DNA of 49,226 nt, from contig CAYMKA010000001.1 of assembly GCA_964390935.1 (NCBI GenBank), positions 1 to 49,226 of the forward strand, written 5' to 3'. Numbering within the stretch: the first letter of the stretch is position 1; the number at the start of each line of letters is the position of its first letter. The notes under the pieces are model-generated. The model was not told the origin of the DNA, searched no databases, and saw nothing but the letters and a program-made list of their open reading frames with translations. Positions 8,458-17,793 of this stretch are shown piece by piece. A program made the position numbers and the translations under genes. Source of the stretch: an uncultured bacterium (GTDB taxonomy: Bacteria > Margulisbacteria > CAYMKA01).

Positions 8458-8483
8458 TAGCCTGCTGCCTTGGCTGCAGGCTA
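8458..8483 (+). terminator. GC-rich hairpin downstream of the ParA-CBM48 gene (possible terminator or attenuator)
   Basis: tagcctgc-tgccttggct-gcaggcta: an 8-bp perfect stem, extendable with one mismatch. No following T-run, so function is uncertain. Confidence 0.25.
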
Positions 8484-8493
8484 AAATCACACC

Positions 8494-8922
8494 ATGTTAG
8501 AAAAATTATCTAAAGAAATTACCGACGCAATGAAGGCCAAAGACTCTAAACGTCTTGATGTTCTTCGCATGATGAAATCAAAAATTATGACGGTAAACAC
8601 CAAAGGCGTAGACGAAAAACAATCTTTAAACATTTTAAAAACTTATGTCAAAAATTTAAAAGAAGCAGTCGAGTTAACCCAAAAAGCAGGTAAAACCGAT
8701 GAAGTGGCTCAACTGCAATATGAAATTGGAGTGGTCAGTGAATACTTGCCTGCCGAAGCAGATCCTGCAGCCATTGCGAAAGTGGTCGAAGCGGCCATTG
8801 CGAAAGTGAACCCTCAGGGCCCTCAGGATTTTGGAAAAATTATGAAAGAAGTCATGAGTGCAGGACTTAATGCCGACGGAAATGTGATTAAGCAGATAGT
8901 GAACGAAAAACTTAAAAAATAA
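8494..8922 (+). CDS. yqeY: GatB/YqeY domain-containing protein
   Basis: 142 aa. MLEKLSKEITDAMKAKDSKRLDVLRMMKSKI...VSEYLP...AIAKV....GPQDFGKIMKEVM is the typical YqeY pattern. Its 3' end overlaps the convergent outer-membrane gene by 11 bp. Confidence 0.85.
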   Translation: MLEKLSKEITDAMKAKDSKRLDVLRMMKSKIMTVNTKGVDEKQSLNILKTYVKNLKEAVELTQKAGKTDEVAQLQYEIGVVSEYLPAEADPAAIAKVVEAAIAKVNPQGPQDFGKIMKEVMSAGLNADGNVIKQIVNEKLKK

Positions 8923-10537
8923 AGTTAATCCCTAAATACCCAAACCAGTATCTGTAACCCAAGCTGTCTTCCCGATAATAAAGTGAACCGTCATATTGCG
9001 TATGTTGATGAACCCAACGACTTTTGAAGAAAAAAGTGCTCGAAGTGGCCTGGCCAATTTCTTCACGATAAGCATACCCTGGACTGACTTTAAAATTTTG
9101 AGAAACAGGAATTTCATACTCCACCGCAGCTTGATTAGCTTTTAATTTGCGCGGATTCCCAGGTTGATCAATACGCATAAAATAAGAAGAAGGTTGATCA
9201 ATTTGATAATCATTTGTTTCAAGGCTTATTTTTAACGGTTTAATAAAAGCTTCTCGCCAACCCAGTCTTGCGGTGCTCTGAACTGATTTATTTTGATCAT
9301 AATAATTTGCACTCTCATAATCATATTCCAATTCAACTTGGTTAAGGGGATACCAGGCCAAAACGGCATTGTTCCAATTAGAGCGGTTAATCTGTTTGTC
9401 GGGTTCAAATCGTGATCGCAAAATAATGGCAGCATTGTTAAAAAAAGACCAACTGAGCCCGCCTCCATAAATATAATTAATGCCTATGGCCTGATCACTA
9501 CGCAGGCCTGCATCAAATAACAATCGAAAAGAGTCAGTCAGCGGCAAACGATAAGTCAAAATGCTGGTTAAATTCACAGATCGCGGGGTTTGTCCTTGCT
9601 GAGCTTCAGAATAAAAACTCGAAAACCATTCTACACCCGGGCTTTTAGCTAGTTGTTCATATTGTTTTTGATTTTCCAGTTCTTTTAAATTCATTTCCCA
9701 ATCCTTTTTTCTGGCCGGCCAACGTTTTTTAAGCAAATTAAAATACACTTGCGCATTTTCATATTCTTTTAACCACAAGGTCACATTGGCCAACTGCTCT
9801 AACAAATTTAAATCCCCTGGATTAGTTTGATAAGCTTTTAAGAGGGCTTCCTTAGAATTTTGAAAATCATTTTTATTTAAATAAATAGCACTCATTTCTT
9901 TAGTAGCCGGGCCAAAATATGCACTATTCCGTCTTACCGTTTTTAAAACATCTAGCGCATCGTCATTTTTTTTCTGCCTGAGGTAAGAATAAGCTAAATC
10001 CATTTTCACATTATCCTGATCAGGCTTTACGAGCAGAATTTTTCTAAAAATATTTTGAGCTTTGTCTTCTTCCTTAGCATTTAAATAAATTTGAGCCAGT
10101 TCTGTCATGGCCGGCACATCCCTGGGATCAGACAAAAGCAAAGATTCTAATTCTGAGAGAGACATTTTTGATTTCTTTGACCACATCAGAATTCGAGCAT
10201 ATTGCAATTGATAATCTTTATTTTCAGGATCAATCGTTAAAAGTTCTTTTGAATATTTTTCAGCTAATTTCCAATTTTTTAATTTAACGTAAATATCCGT
10301 TAATTCTTGTTTAAAGACCTCAGCCTTGGGCAAAATTAAAATAAGTTGATTGTATTTTTCAATGGCTTCAGTCTCGCGATTGTTCTTTTTTGCTGAAACT
10401 GCTTCGCGGTATAAATCCTGAACTTCGGGATCTAAATCATCATAAGAAAAATCTTCTGCTATCAAAGGCTGGGCCAGCCACAAAACACCCAGCACAAGCA
10501 GACTAAAACAGAGACTAGTTTTTACGTTTAAGGGCAT
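8912..10537 (-). CDS. Outer-membrane polysaccharide exporter: N-terminal TPR repeats plus C-terminal beta-barrel (BcsC/PgaA-like, compact)
   Basis: Signal peptide (LLVLGVLWLAQPLIA), then ~290 aa of TPR-like repeats. The C-terminal ~250 aa shows alternating-hydrophobic beta-strand patterning and ends ...YLGINFIF (aromatic OMP terminus). It is the last gene of the EPS operon. Confidence 0.75.
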   Translation of the reverse strand: MPLNVKTSLCFSLLVLGVLWLAQPLIAEDFSYDDLDPEVQDLYREAVSAKKNNRETEAIEKYNQLILILPKAEVFKQELTDIYVKLKNWKLAEKYSKELLTIDPENKDYQLQYARILMWSKKSKMSLSELESLLLSDPRDVPAMTELAQIYLNAKEEDKAQNIFRKILLVKPDQDNVKMDLAYSYLRQKKNDDALDVLKTVRRNSAYFGPATKEMSAIYLNKNDFQNSKEALLKAYQTNPGDLNLLEQLANVTLWLKEYENAQVYFNLLKKRWPARKKDWEMNLKELENQKQYEQLAKSPGVEWFSSFYSEAQQGQTPRSVNLTSILTYRLPLTDSFRLLFDAGLRSDQAIGINYIYGGGLSWSFFNNAAIILRSRFEPDKQINRSNWNNAVLAWYPLNQVELEYDYESANYYDQNKSVQSTARLGWREAFIKPLKISLETNDYQIDQPSSYFMRIDQPGNPRKLKANQAAVEYEIPVSQNFKVSPGYAYREEIGQATSSTFFFKSRWVHQHTQYDGSLYYREDSLGYRYWFGYLGINFIF

Positions 10538-12608
10538 ATAAAACGCTCATAGCGATCACTGCGAAAATCGTAAAGACCACAAAGAGCACCAGTAAAATTT
10601 GAAGTTTAATTTGCAGACTGCGCTGACGATCGGTTTGAATTTGACTCTTATCGTAAGAAGCGATGGTATTGATTTTTCCTGATTCGTTAACCACCACCAC
10701 ATTGGCCTCCAAAATAGCCAGTTGGTTGCGATTAATAATCGTATCCAGTGCTTTGAGCATTAGCTCATCATTGGTTCCTGTCACCACGACAATCGTTTTT
10801 AAAAAGTTAAAGGGAGAAGGAATAAGTTGAACGGTGCCCATTTGATCACGAAAATCATAAGGCAAACCAATTTGGCTGGAATGAATAAAGGGCTTACTGT
10901 CATCTAATCGAAATGAAATCGGTAATTTAGTATTCATTTGCGAAAATAATTTTTGACGCTCTGCCAAACCTATCACAATCAAGTGATTCGTTTTTAAATC
11001 TTCTTTGGTAATCTGACTGGCTTTTTTAACACTGAACCAGTTTTCATTTTTAGGCATGAGCTGCCCCATGCTCATGCTTAAACGTTCTAAAGCAGTTAAA
11101 TCGGCTGCTGTAGGCTGATCAGGCATAACAAAGAGCGGCAAATTTACTTTTTTGCGAAGTAAGTACGGCCCTGGCAAATCACTTAAATAAAAAACATTTT
11201 TATCGCGGTGTTTGTAATCCAGCCAAGAATCGCCATGAATAATAAACCAGGCTTTGTCGTAGTCTCTGCGGCCGCAATCTAAATTAACTTGCTGTTCAGT
11301 ATCAAGATAATAACGCACGGCGACCTCCAGCAGTTGGCGATCACGCGCCTGCGGAGGAATTTTGACCTTAAAATTCATTTTACGGCCAGGCACTGTTTTT
11401 AATTTGGTGGTCCCGGCATAAATGCCATTAATAAAAACAGTGACTTGCGATTTGGTGGAATCAAGCAAGGGTGACAAGCTAAATTTAAAATTAATGGCGG
11501 CACCGTCAAGCAGTTCCCAGGCGGCGGGGACAGCAAAATAAAAAGTAGTCGTCCCATTAAAACTGCCTCGATTAATCACGTCTTCATAACCGGCTTCTTT
11601 AAATGACAATTGATTTGAAAAAAAGGCTAATAAATCGTAATTAATCACTTTTTTAAAAATCGGAACAAATTGAGCGGTTTGATCTTTAAGTTTAAACAAA
11701 AAGTCTGGATGAAATTGATTGGTCAGAGCATTGCGGGCAGTTTCGAGTTTGTCGCTTTTAATCTGTAAAACAATTCCGTTGGCGTCTATTTTGGGCTGCA
11801 CAAACTGATACTGCACCTGTCCTGCCTCTATATTAAAGGTGGGGCTCATTTGCAGCAGATGAAATTTTTTAGACCAGTCCTTAGGCAATTTTAAAACGGA
11901 TTGAATCATGCCCGGATAAATATCCTTGTCCCAGTGTCCTAATTGTCTGGAAAAATTAGCAGCCATTTCTAGTGTCTGAGAATCTAAATTTTGATAATAA
12001 AACATTAAATCTTTAGTCTTAAACTGATTCATGCGTACTAACGGCTCAGGAAAATAATCTAACTTGGCTTTAAAAGGCTGATAAAAGATCTCTAATTTAG
12101 AGGTTTTTTTAACAACGTACCAATTTGAAGGGCTGTCTAAATCTTTACATAAATCCTCATTAGCCTGGGCAAAAAATTCAACCCGCAGATAATTAGCTCC
12201 AGACTTAATGATTTCTCCTTTTATTGGCAAGGTCACCCGACCTTCACGGCCAAAGAATTGAGCCAGTGTTAATGTTTTTAAAGGCACTTCATTTAATACA
12301 AAAGTGAGATTAGATAAGTTTTTAAGTAGAGTGTCTGAAAAATAAAAATCAAAAGTTAAATTGGCATTTTGAATATTTTTTACTGACTTAGGAACATAAA
12401 AATAAAAAGAGTAAGCCCCGCGTAGTCCTTTGACTGGAATTTCCTGGTCAGGCGATAAAATAATAGTACTGGTTAAAAATTTAGAAATATCATTTGGCAC
12501 AGCTTGGATGGCACTACCTAAAAGAAGCGTAAAAATAAATATTCCGACACAAAATCTTTTTAACACCGAGAAATGATTATAGGAGCAAATAAAAAGAATC
12601 CATAACAA
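10515..12608 (-). CDS. BcsB-like periplasmic synthase subunit with a C-terminal TM anchor
   Basis: Two repeated modules fit the BcsB pattern (...ANLTFDFYFSDTLLKNLSNLTFVLNEVPLKTL... and ...AAINFKFSLSPLLDSTKSQVTVFINGIYAGTTKL...). There is a single C-terminal TM helix (LQILLVLFVVFTIFAVIAMSVLYAL). The gene sits directly downstream of the GT2 synthase. Confidence 0.8.
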   Translation of the reverse strand: MLWILFICSYNHFSVLKRFCVGIFIFTLLLGSAIQAVPNDISKFLTSTIILSPDQEIPVKGLRGAYSFYFYVPKSVKNIQNANLTFDFYFSDTLLKNLSNLTFVLNEVPLKTLTLAQFFGREGRVTLPIKGEIIKSGANYLRVEFFAQANEDLCKDLDSPSNWYVVKKTSKLEIFYQPFKAKLDYFPEPLVRMNQFKTKDLMFYYQNLDSQTLEMAANFSRQLGHWDKDIYPGMIQSVLKLPKDWSKKFHLLQMSPTFNIEAGQVQYQFVQPKIDANGIVLQIKSDKLETARNALTNQFHPDFLFKLKDQTAQFVPIFKKVINYDLLAFFSNQLSFKEAGYEDVINRGSFNGTTTFYFAVPAAWELLDGAAINFKFSLSPLLDSTKSQVTVFINGIYAGTTKLKTVPGRKMNFKVKIPPQARDRQLLEVAVRYYLDTEQQVNLDCGRRDYDKAWFIIHGDSWLDYKHRDKNVFYLSDLPGPYLLRKKVNLPLFVMPDQPTAADLTALERLSMSMGQLMPKNENWFSVKKASQITKEDLKTNHLIVIGLAERQKLFSQMNTKLPISFRLDDSKPFIHSSQIGLPYDFRDQMGTVQLIPSPFNFLKTIVVVTGTNDELMLKALDTIINRNQLAILEANVVVVNESGKINTIASYDKSQIQTDRQRSLQIKLQILLVLFVVFTIFAVIAMSVLYALKRKN

Positions 12609-12626
12609 ATTGCAACAATTTAAATA

Positions 12627-13889
12627 CTAGACGTTTGTTGTAGGTTTATTGTTAAAGCGAACGGTTTTGTCCCAATGAAATAAATTTCTTTTTTTCTTTG
12701 GTTCGAATAAAGTCATTAATCCCAAAACAAGCCAGGCCTGACAATAAGTAAAGTACATCAAAAAAACCGTCAGAATATTTTTAAAACTGAGCTCTTTTTC
12801 TTCAAAAGCCAGCGTCAATAAACTGACCTGAAAAAACATCATAAAAGTAGCAAACCAAATTAAAGTTACCGGCCCTTCGACCGTAATGCGTGCCCATTCC
12901 CACTGAAAAATGCCGCATAAAAAAATAAAATCAGAAACTAAAATTAAAAAAATAAGGCTGTAATAGGTTGAGAACATATAAAGCATGGTTGAAAAAAGCC
13001 TGGGATTGGTTAAACCCTTCCCTAAGTATTTGTTCACAATATAAAAATTGCCCTTCACCCAGCGGCGGCGCTGCTTAAACCATACTTTCCATTCTTGGGG
13101 TTCTTGCTCCCAGGTCACAGCCGTAGGACAAAACCAAATGCGATAACCTTTTTCAATTAATCTCAAACTTAGTTCCGTGTCTTCTGTAAGCGACTTTGAA
13201 TCCCAATCGCCCATTTCTTTTAAAATCGCTCTTTTAATCACAAAGTTAGTTCCGGACAAAAAAGCAATGCGGTGCAAAAACCATTTGCCGGCTTGATGAG
13301 TCCATTGATGGACGATAAATTCAATATTAATAAACCGAGTCAACAAATTGACTTCCTTATTAATAGTGCGGACTTTTCCGACCACCGCTGCAATTTTGGG
13401 GTCAGACATCGCCGCTGTCACTAAAATTTCAAGAGACTGAGGTTCAGGATTATTGTCTGCATCATAAATAGCGATTAACTCATGGCTGGCGTGTTTAAGA
13501 CCATAATTTAAATTGCTCGATTTGCCACGATGAGCGATTTCAGGAGGAATGTTTAACAGTTTGATTTGTTTATATTTTTTAGAAAACTCAGTCACAATTT
13601 CTGCAGTATTATCTTTGGAGTCATCGTTAATCACAAAAATTTCAAGCTTTTCAGGCGGATAATCTAAATGAACCATGCTTTGCAAAGTATCGCGGATCAC
13701 CACCCCTTCGTTATAAGCAGGGATAAAAATCGAAACTCCAGGAAATTGTTTGTTAGCTGTCAACAAATCAATGGTTTCTTCTTGGTTAATATCACGATAA
13801 AAAATGGCAACCAAAAATAATACTCCGTTATAAATAATCATTAACCAAATTGAAAAAAGCGCAATCAAAAAAAGAGTATTTAAAATCAT
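12627..13889 (-). CDS. Processive family-2 glycosyltransferase (PgaC/IcaA/NodC/BcsA-core-like polysaccharide synthase), no PilZ domain
   Basis: Carries the D,D,D,QxxRW motif set: IFIPAYNE, INDDSKDNT, IYDADN, TEDTELSLRL, QRRRWVKG. TM helices flank the GT-A domain. Start moved to the ATG at 13889, which forms an ATGA overlap with the upstream stop; the protein is then 420 aa. Confidence 0.88.
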   Translation of the reverse strand: MILNTLFLIALFSIWLMIIYNGVLFLVAIFYRDINQEETIDLLTANKQFPGVSIFIPAYNEGVVIRDTLQSMVHLDYPPEKLEIFVINDDSKDNTAEIVTEFSKKYKQIKLLNIPPEIAHRGKSSNLNYGLKHASHELIAIYDADNNPEPQSLEILVTAAMSDPKIAAVVGKVRTINKEVNLLTRFINIEFIVHQWTHQAGKWFLHRIAFLSGTNFVIKRAILKEMGDWDSKSLTEDTELSLRLIEKGYRIWFCPTAVTWEQEPQEWKVWFKQRRRWVKGNFYIVNKYLGKGLTNPRLFSTMLYMFSTYYSLIFLILVSDFIFLCGIFQWEWARITVEGPVTLIWFATFMMFFQVSLLTLAFEEKELSFKNILTVFLMYFTYCQAWLVLGLMTLFEPKKKRNLFHWDKTVRFNNKPTTNV

Positions 13890-15757
13890 AATGTTCTCAT
13901 TTTCTGCTGACGACGATGGCTGATGTATTTCAGAGCAAAAACAATAAAAAGTCCCATGACAAATAAAATATTCGTCACGAAAAAAACCCACATCATGATT
14001 CGAAGCACAGAATCAAACCAGCTCATTGATTGCTTTCCCAAAAAAGTATCTTTTAACCATGATCCTGTTGAAATCATTTGCACATTGTCTTGAGTCAGCT
14101 TCATGACAAAAATACCTTTTTGAGTCGCTGGGATTTCAAACAAAGTATGGGCCCGTGATGGTTCTTCAATAAAATCAATAATATTTTCATGACCGTCGGG
14201 GTTCACCACAAAAGCCTTCATTTTTTGATAATCGAGTTTCACATTTTGAAGCGGATTAATTTTAAAATGAAAAAATTGCCCGTTCTTTTCAGGGTCATGC
14301 ATATTCGGAAGTCCCGAATACAGCACCCAATGCGGAGATTTCACCTGGTTAGGCAAATCACGCATATCCAAAAAATCAAATCCCATTTTTTTAAGACCTT
14401 TGATCAGTTCTTCCAGTTTTTCGGGAGGCATCCAGGGATGAAAAAAGCCGACGGCAATGGCATCGCGAACGACTAACATTTTCTTAGCTTCTGCCAACAT
14501 TTGTTCGATGGTCAGCCCCTCTTCCTCACTGTAATAACCCAAATTTTCAGGAATCACAAAACGGCCATAACGGTCTTTAATAAGATAAGGAAAATTTTGT
14601 GAGGCTTTGTATGATTTATCGCTGATCTGTAATCTCTCAACAGCAGTTGAAAAATATTCACCTAAAATTCGATAACTTAACTGTGAGGCCGCATAATGAG
14701 GGGTTTCCCAGGCGAGAGGATAAATTTTGGATTGCATTGTTAATTCCAATGCATCTTCAATTTTTTTTCTAATTTGCTCTTCATTCATCCCAGCAAAGGC
14801 TTTGTCTTTTTGCACGTTCCAAAATTCAAAACCTTCTCCTGTGATATTTTGATTGGCGTGGTTATAACCATGCAAAATGGCTGTCCCGCCTACAGTTTGC
14901 AGATAGCGCAGCGCAGAAACAAAATAAGGCCGCTCTGCCATTGTGAAGAATTGCTTCTGATCCTGATAAACAGGAATAACTGCGAAAGCAAAAGGGACAT
15001 GATATTTTTTAAATGTTTTTCCCAAATTTCTTAACATTTCTGGTCTATATTTAGGATGAACATCTTCAATACGAATAAAAGCTTGTTTAGAAGCCGGGTG
15101 ATATTCTTCCAAAATATCATGTAATAAATCTGCAAAAATATAAGAAGAACTACTCATAAAAAGCGGTAAATCACTAATGTACCAAAATTTTTTTTGTTTC
15201 ACTGCAAAAGGCACTTGCTCATCATTTCTAAAATGGCTGCCAATCAGTTTAATTTTTTTACGGTCATAGTTTGTGATCATAAAAACATCTTCACCCAAGC
15301 GGTCATAAAGCTGGCTTTGATAATATAATTTTGAAAAACCAAATTCTTGAGGAGCTATTCTGAAACCAAATTTTTGAGGATAAGCATTGATTAGACTTTG
15401 TGCACCTGCAAAAACCCAGCACACTGTTTTTTTATCCATCACGCTCACAATATCGTCATTAAATAATAAATTTGGTTTTTCTTTTGCGTCAGCACCGACA
15501 TAAAAAATGACATCGTATAAATTGACCAGCCCTTTTCGATAATCTTTAAGCGCCAGGGTCGCTGTTTGCACATCAAAGTGAGAAAGTAAATTTTGAAAAG
15601 ATGCGGGCAAATCATAAAGAGCGCCGGCCGGATATTCTTGATCGTAGACCACCAATACTTTTTTAAGAGATTGATCACTCCATAAAGCTGCGGTCAGCAC
15701 ACACACACTGAGAGCACACCAGAGCCCCAGTTTCAGGTTTTTCAAAAAAATTTTCAT
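13886..15757 (-). CDS. DUF2334-type (polysaccharide deacetylase-like) periplasmic protein with a C-terminal TM anchor
   Basis: Signal peptide. The central region (FIRIEDVHPKYRP...VPFAFAVIPVY...ILHGYNHAN...GEGFEFW) resembles DUF2334 of the deacetylase superfamily. C-terminal TM helix (IMMWVFFVTNILFVMGLFIVFAL). An ATGA overlap links it to the upstream gene. Confidence 0.65.
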   Translation of the reverse strand: MKIFLKNLKLGLWCALSVCVLTAALWSDQSLKKVLVVYDQEYPAGALYDLPASFQNLLSHFDVQTATLALKDYRKGLVNLYDVIFYVGADAKEKPNLLFNDDIVSVMDKKTVCWVFAGAQSLINAYPQKFGFRIAPQEFGFSKLYYQSQLYDRLGEDVFMITNYDRKKIKLIGSHFRNDEQVPFAVKQKKFWYISDLPLFMSSSSYIFADLLHDILEEYHPASKQAFIRIEDVHPKYRPEMLRNLGKTFKKYHVPFAFAVIPVYQDQKQFFTMAERPYFVSALRYLQTVGGTAILHGYNHANQNITGEGFEFWNVQKDKAFAGMNEEQIRKKIEDALELTMQSKIYPLAWETPHYAASQLSYRILGEYFSTAVERLQISDKSYKASQNFPYLIKDRYGRFVIPENLGYYSEEEGLTIEQMLAEAKKMLVVRDAIAVGFFHPWMPPEKLEELIKGLKKMGFDFLDMRDLPNQVKSPHWVLYSGLPNMHDPEKNGQFFHFKINPLQNVKLDYQKMKAFVVNPDGHENIIDFIEEPSRAHTLFEIPATQKGIFVMKLTQDNVQMISTGSWLKDTFLGKQSMSWFDSVLRIMMWVFFVTNILFVMGLFIVFALKYISHRRQQKMRTL

Positions 15758-16605
15758 GATTTTTTGACGACTAATTGCTGTTTACCAGCTTGGGTTCTTA
15801 AAGTCAGTGCCCGCTTCGCATCCTGAGGATAAGTAGCCATGCCAATTTTAATTTTGATCCCCAATTTAATATTGGTTTTACCGTATGAAAAATAACTGTT
15901 TAATAATTGATGAGCCATTAGATAGGCTTTACTTTTTATATCTTCTTCTGCCTGCCCTTCACACAAAACTTCAAAGTGTGTATCTCCTTTACGAGTTAAG
16001 GTATCTCCATCCTCTACCAAATCCATAATAGTTTTAAAAATTTTTTCACCAGTTAAAAATAAAGCTTTTCCGTTAAACACTCTTTGCACATCAGCATAGT
16101 CATCCAAACTTATATTTAAAACACTGAAATGACTTTTACGGCGCGTTGCTCTTGCCACCGCTTCAGTGAGAGCAGTTTCAAATTGTTTATCACTCACTAC
16201 TTTGACTTTACGTTCTCTGGCCATAGCACTAATTTCTTCAGGATGCTTTTTTTGAAGGCGATAATAAAAAATGAGGCCGTCTCCGATCATGCCAAAGAAA
16301 ACCCCTTCTATCAGATATAAAAACAGCCACAGGCCTTGATTAAATTGAAAATCAAAAAAGCCTGAGCTGGTAATTAATTGAAATAAAAATGTCCCAATAA
16401 AAATAAAAATTGCTATGAGCGATGAAAATATTCCTAAAATTGATCCCAACAATATGGCCACCAAAGAAACCATCAGGGCTAATAAAATATATAAAAAATA
16501 TTGAAGATCAAATTGAAAATAATATAAATAAAAATATCCAGCGCAAAAACCCACGGCTAAGAGAATTAATAAACTAATCCGAATTTGGTTAGCATAATTT
16601 GGCAT
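15754..16605 (-). CDS. Membrane protein (about 4 TM helices) with a cytoplasmic degenerate GGDEF-like domain
   Basis: The hydrophobic N-terminal ~110 aa is followed by a GGDEF-fold pattern (HFSVLNISLDDYADV...GEKIFKTIMDLVEDGDTLTRKGDTHFEVLCEG...IKIGMATYPQDA). The signature is GDTHF instead of GG(D/E)EF, and the I-site position reads EDGD rather than RxxD. Confidence 0.6.
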   Translation of the reverse strand: MPNYANQIRISLLILLAVGFCAGYFYLYYFQFDLQYFLYILLALMVSLVAILLGSILGIFSSLIAIFIFIGTFLFQLITSSGFFDFQFNQGLWLFLYLIEGVFFGMIGDGLIFYYRLQKKHPEEISAMARERKVKVVSDKQFETALTEAVARATRRKSHFSVLNISLDDYADVQRVFNGKALFLTGEKIFKTIMDLVEDGDTLTRKGDTHFEVLCEGQAEEDIKSKAYLMAHQLLNSYFSYGKTNIKLGIKIKIGMATYPQDAKRALTLRTQAGKQQLVVKKS

Positions 16606-16636
16606 AGACCGTCATGATCTACCCACCTTCAATGTT

Positions 16637-17773
16637 CTAATGCATCGATTCTTGTACAAAGGTCTGGTAGTGACGCAAGGCGGTCAAAATCAAGATATGA
16701 TCAAACGCTTCAAAAGGAGCCTGCCCAAAAGAACCATTGTTGTTTTGTAAAAGCAAAAGTTTTTTAGCTAAGGGTTGAGCAAACTCCATATCATTTTGAA
16801 AAACAGCCAGACTTAACATTAATCCATAAACGGCAGGACTTTCATAATCAACCAAAGCTTTCAAAGTGACGGGATGATAACGACCGTAGACTTTGCCTTT
16901 CTTTAAGTATTCATTTTTGAGCCATAAATATAATTTAGAGGGTTTTCCATTCACCTGACTTTCTACCTGAGCACAAATCAATTGATTAATTAAATTCATA
17001 TCTTGTAAGCCATACTTTGATTTATCAATAAGATATTTATCAAAATAAAATCCGGTGGGAGTTTTTCCCCCATTCAATAGTTTTTGAGATCGGTATAAAA
17101 CCGCCTGCCAGTCTTTATCAAATTGAGACAAATAAGCCATGGCTGGTAAATCGAGATAGGACAAATCAACTTTAAATGAAATATCAGGCTGCGGAGCTTC
17201 ACAATAAGACTCGACAAAATAGTTATCTCTTAAATTAATTTTTTTCATACGCTGGGCCATCACAGCGCTTAATGCCAAGTATTTTTTTTGTTTCCAAATT
17301 TTTCCTGCCTGGGCCAAGGCAAACGCAATACGCAAATCATCAAGAGAGGCATTGCAAGAACTGGGAGTCGATTGATCAATACGCCAATACACCCAATCTT
17401 CTGGACTCAAAAAATACCGTTGCAAATTTTTAACCTGTTTATCAAAAATGCTTTGGCGCTGCGTTTCCACCAAATACACCATCCACAAACCTAGCGTTTC
17501 TGACAAATATTCATTTTCTTGAGAATTTTTGAGCGGGTCAAATTGTTTAATCACCCCCCGGCGGTAAGTGAGATGATTGAGCACAAATTCAACCCCTTTA
17601 TCTTGGGCTAGTGACAAAGCCTGCGTTTGCGTATCCGGCTGAACAGGAGGCTTATAAAAAAGTCTCAGACAAAGAAAAACAACAATAAAAAACAACATTA
17701 ATCCTATTGCTACTTTTATTTCTAAACGATTGCGATATAGCCACTTTTGAAAAGGACTTTTAATTCGTGACAT
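16637..17773 (-). CDS. Glycoside hydrolase family 8-like enzyme (BcsZ-position), N-terminally membrane anchored
   Basis: LSETLGLWMVY resembles the GH8 catalytic SEGQGYGM region. ASLDDLRIAFALAQAGKIW is a near match to the GH8 signature A-[ST]-D-[AG]-D-x2-[IM]-A-x-[SA]... N-terminal TM helix. Start taken at the ATG at 17773 (MSRIKSP); the alternative start is 17803. Confidence 0.65.
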   Translation of the reverse strand: MSRIKSPFQKWLYRNRLEIKVAIGLMLFFIVVFLCLRLFYKPPVQPDTQTQALSLAQDKGVEFVLNHLTYRRGVIKQFDPLKNSQENEYLSETLGLWMVYLVETQRQSIFDKQVKNLQRYFLSPEDWVYWRIDQSTPSSCNASLDDLRIAFALAQAGKIWKQKKYLALSAVMAQRMKKINLRDNYFVESYCEAPQPDISFKVDLSYLDLPAMAYLSQFDKDWQAVLYRSQKLLNGGKTPTGFYFDKYLIDKSKYGLQDMNLINQLICAQVESQVNGKPSKLYLWLKNEYLKKGKVYGRYHPVTLKALVDYESPAVYGLMLSLAVFQNDMEFAQPLAKKLLLLQNNNGSFGQAPFEAFDHILILTALRHYQTFVQESMH

Positions 17774-17793
17774 TTCCTCTATATTATAGAGGC

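Noticed and set aside
8467-8479. 13-nt identity gccttggctgcag shared between the hairpin at 8458..8483 and the accC 3' end (48291..48303)
   Set aside because: Exact 13-mers are expected by chance many times in a 49-kb window when both strands are considered. In accC the sequence is simply coding (AAAKAA).
13890-13991. N-terminal 34-codon extension of the GT2 ORF (MGFFRDEYFICHG...), and the same at 23974..24075
   Set aside because: The extension lies entirely inside the 3' end of the upstream DUF2334-like gene. The internal ATG at 13889 gives a classic ATGA stop/start overlap, and the protein then begins with its first TM helix.
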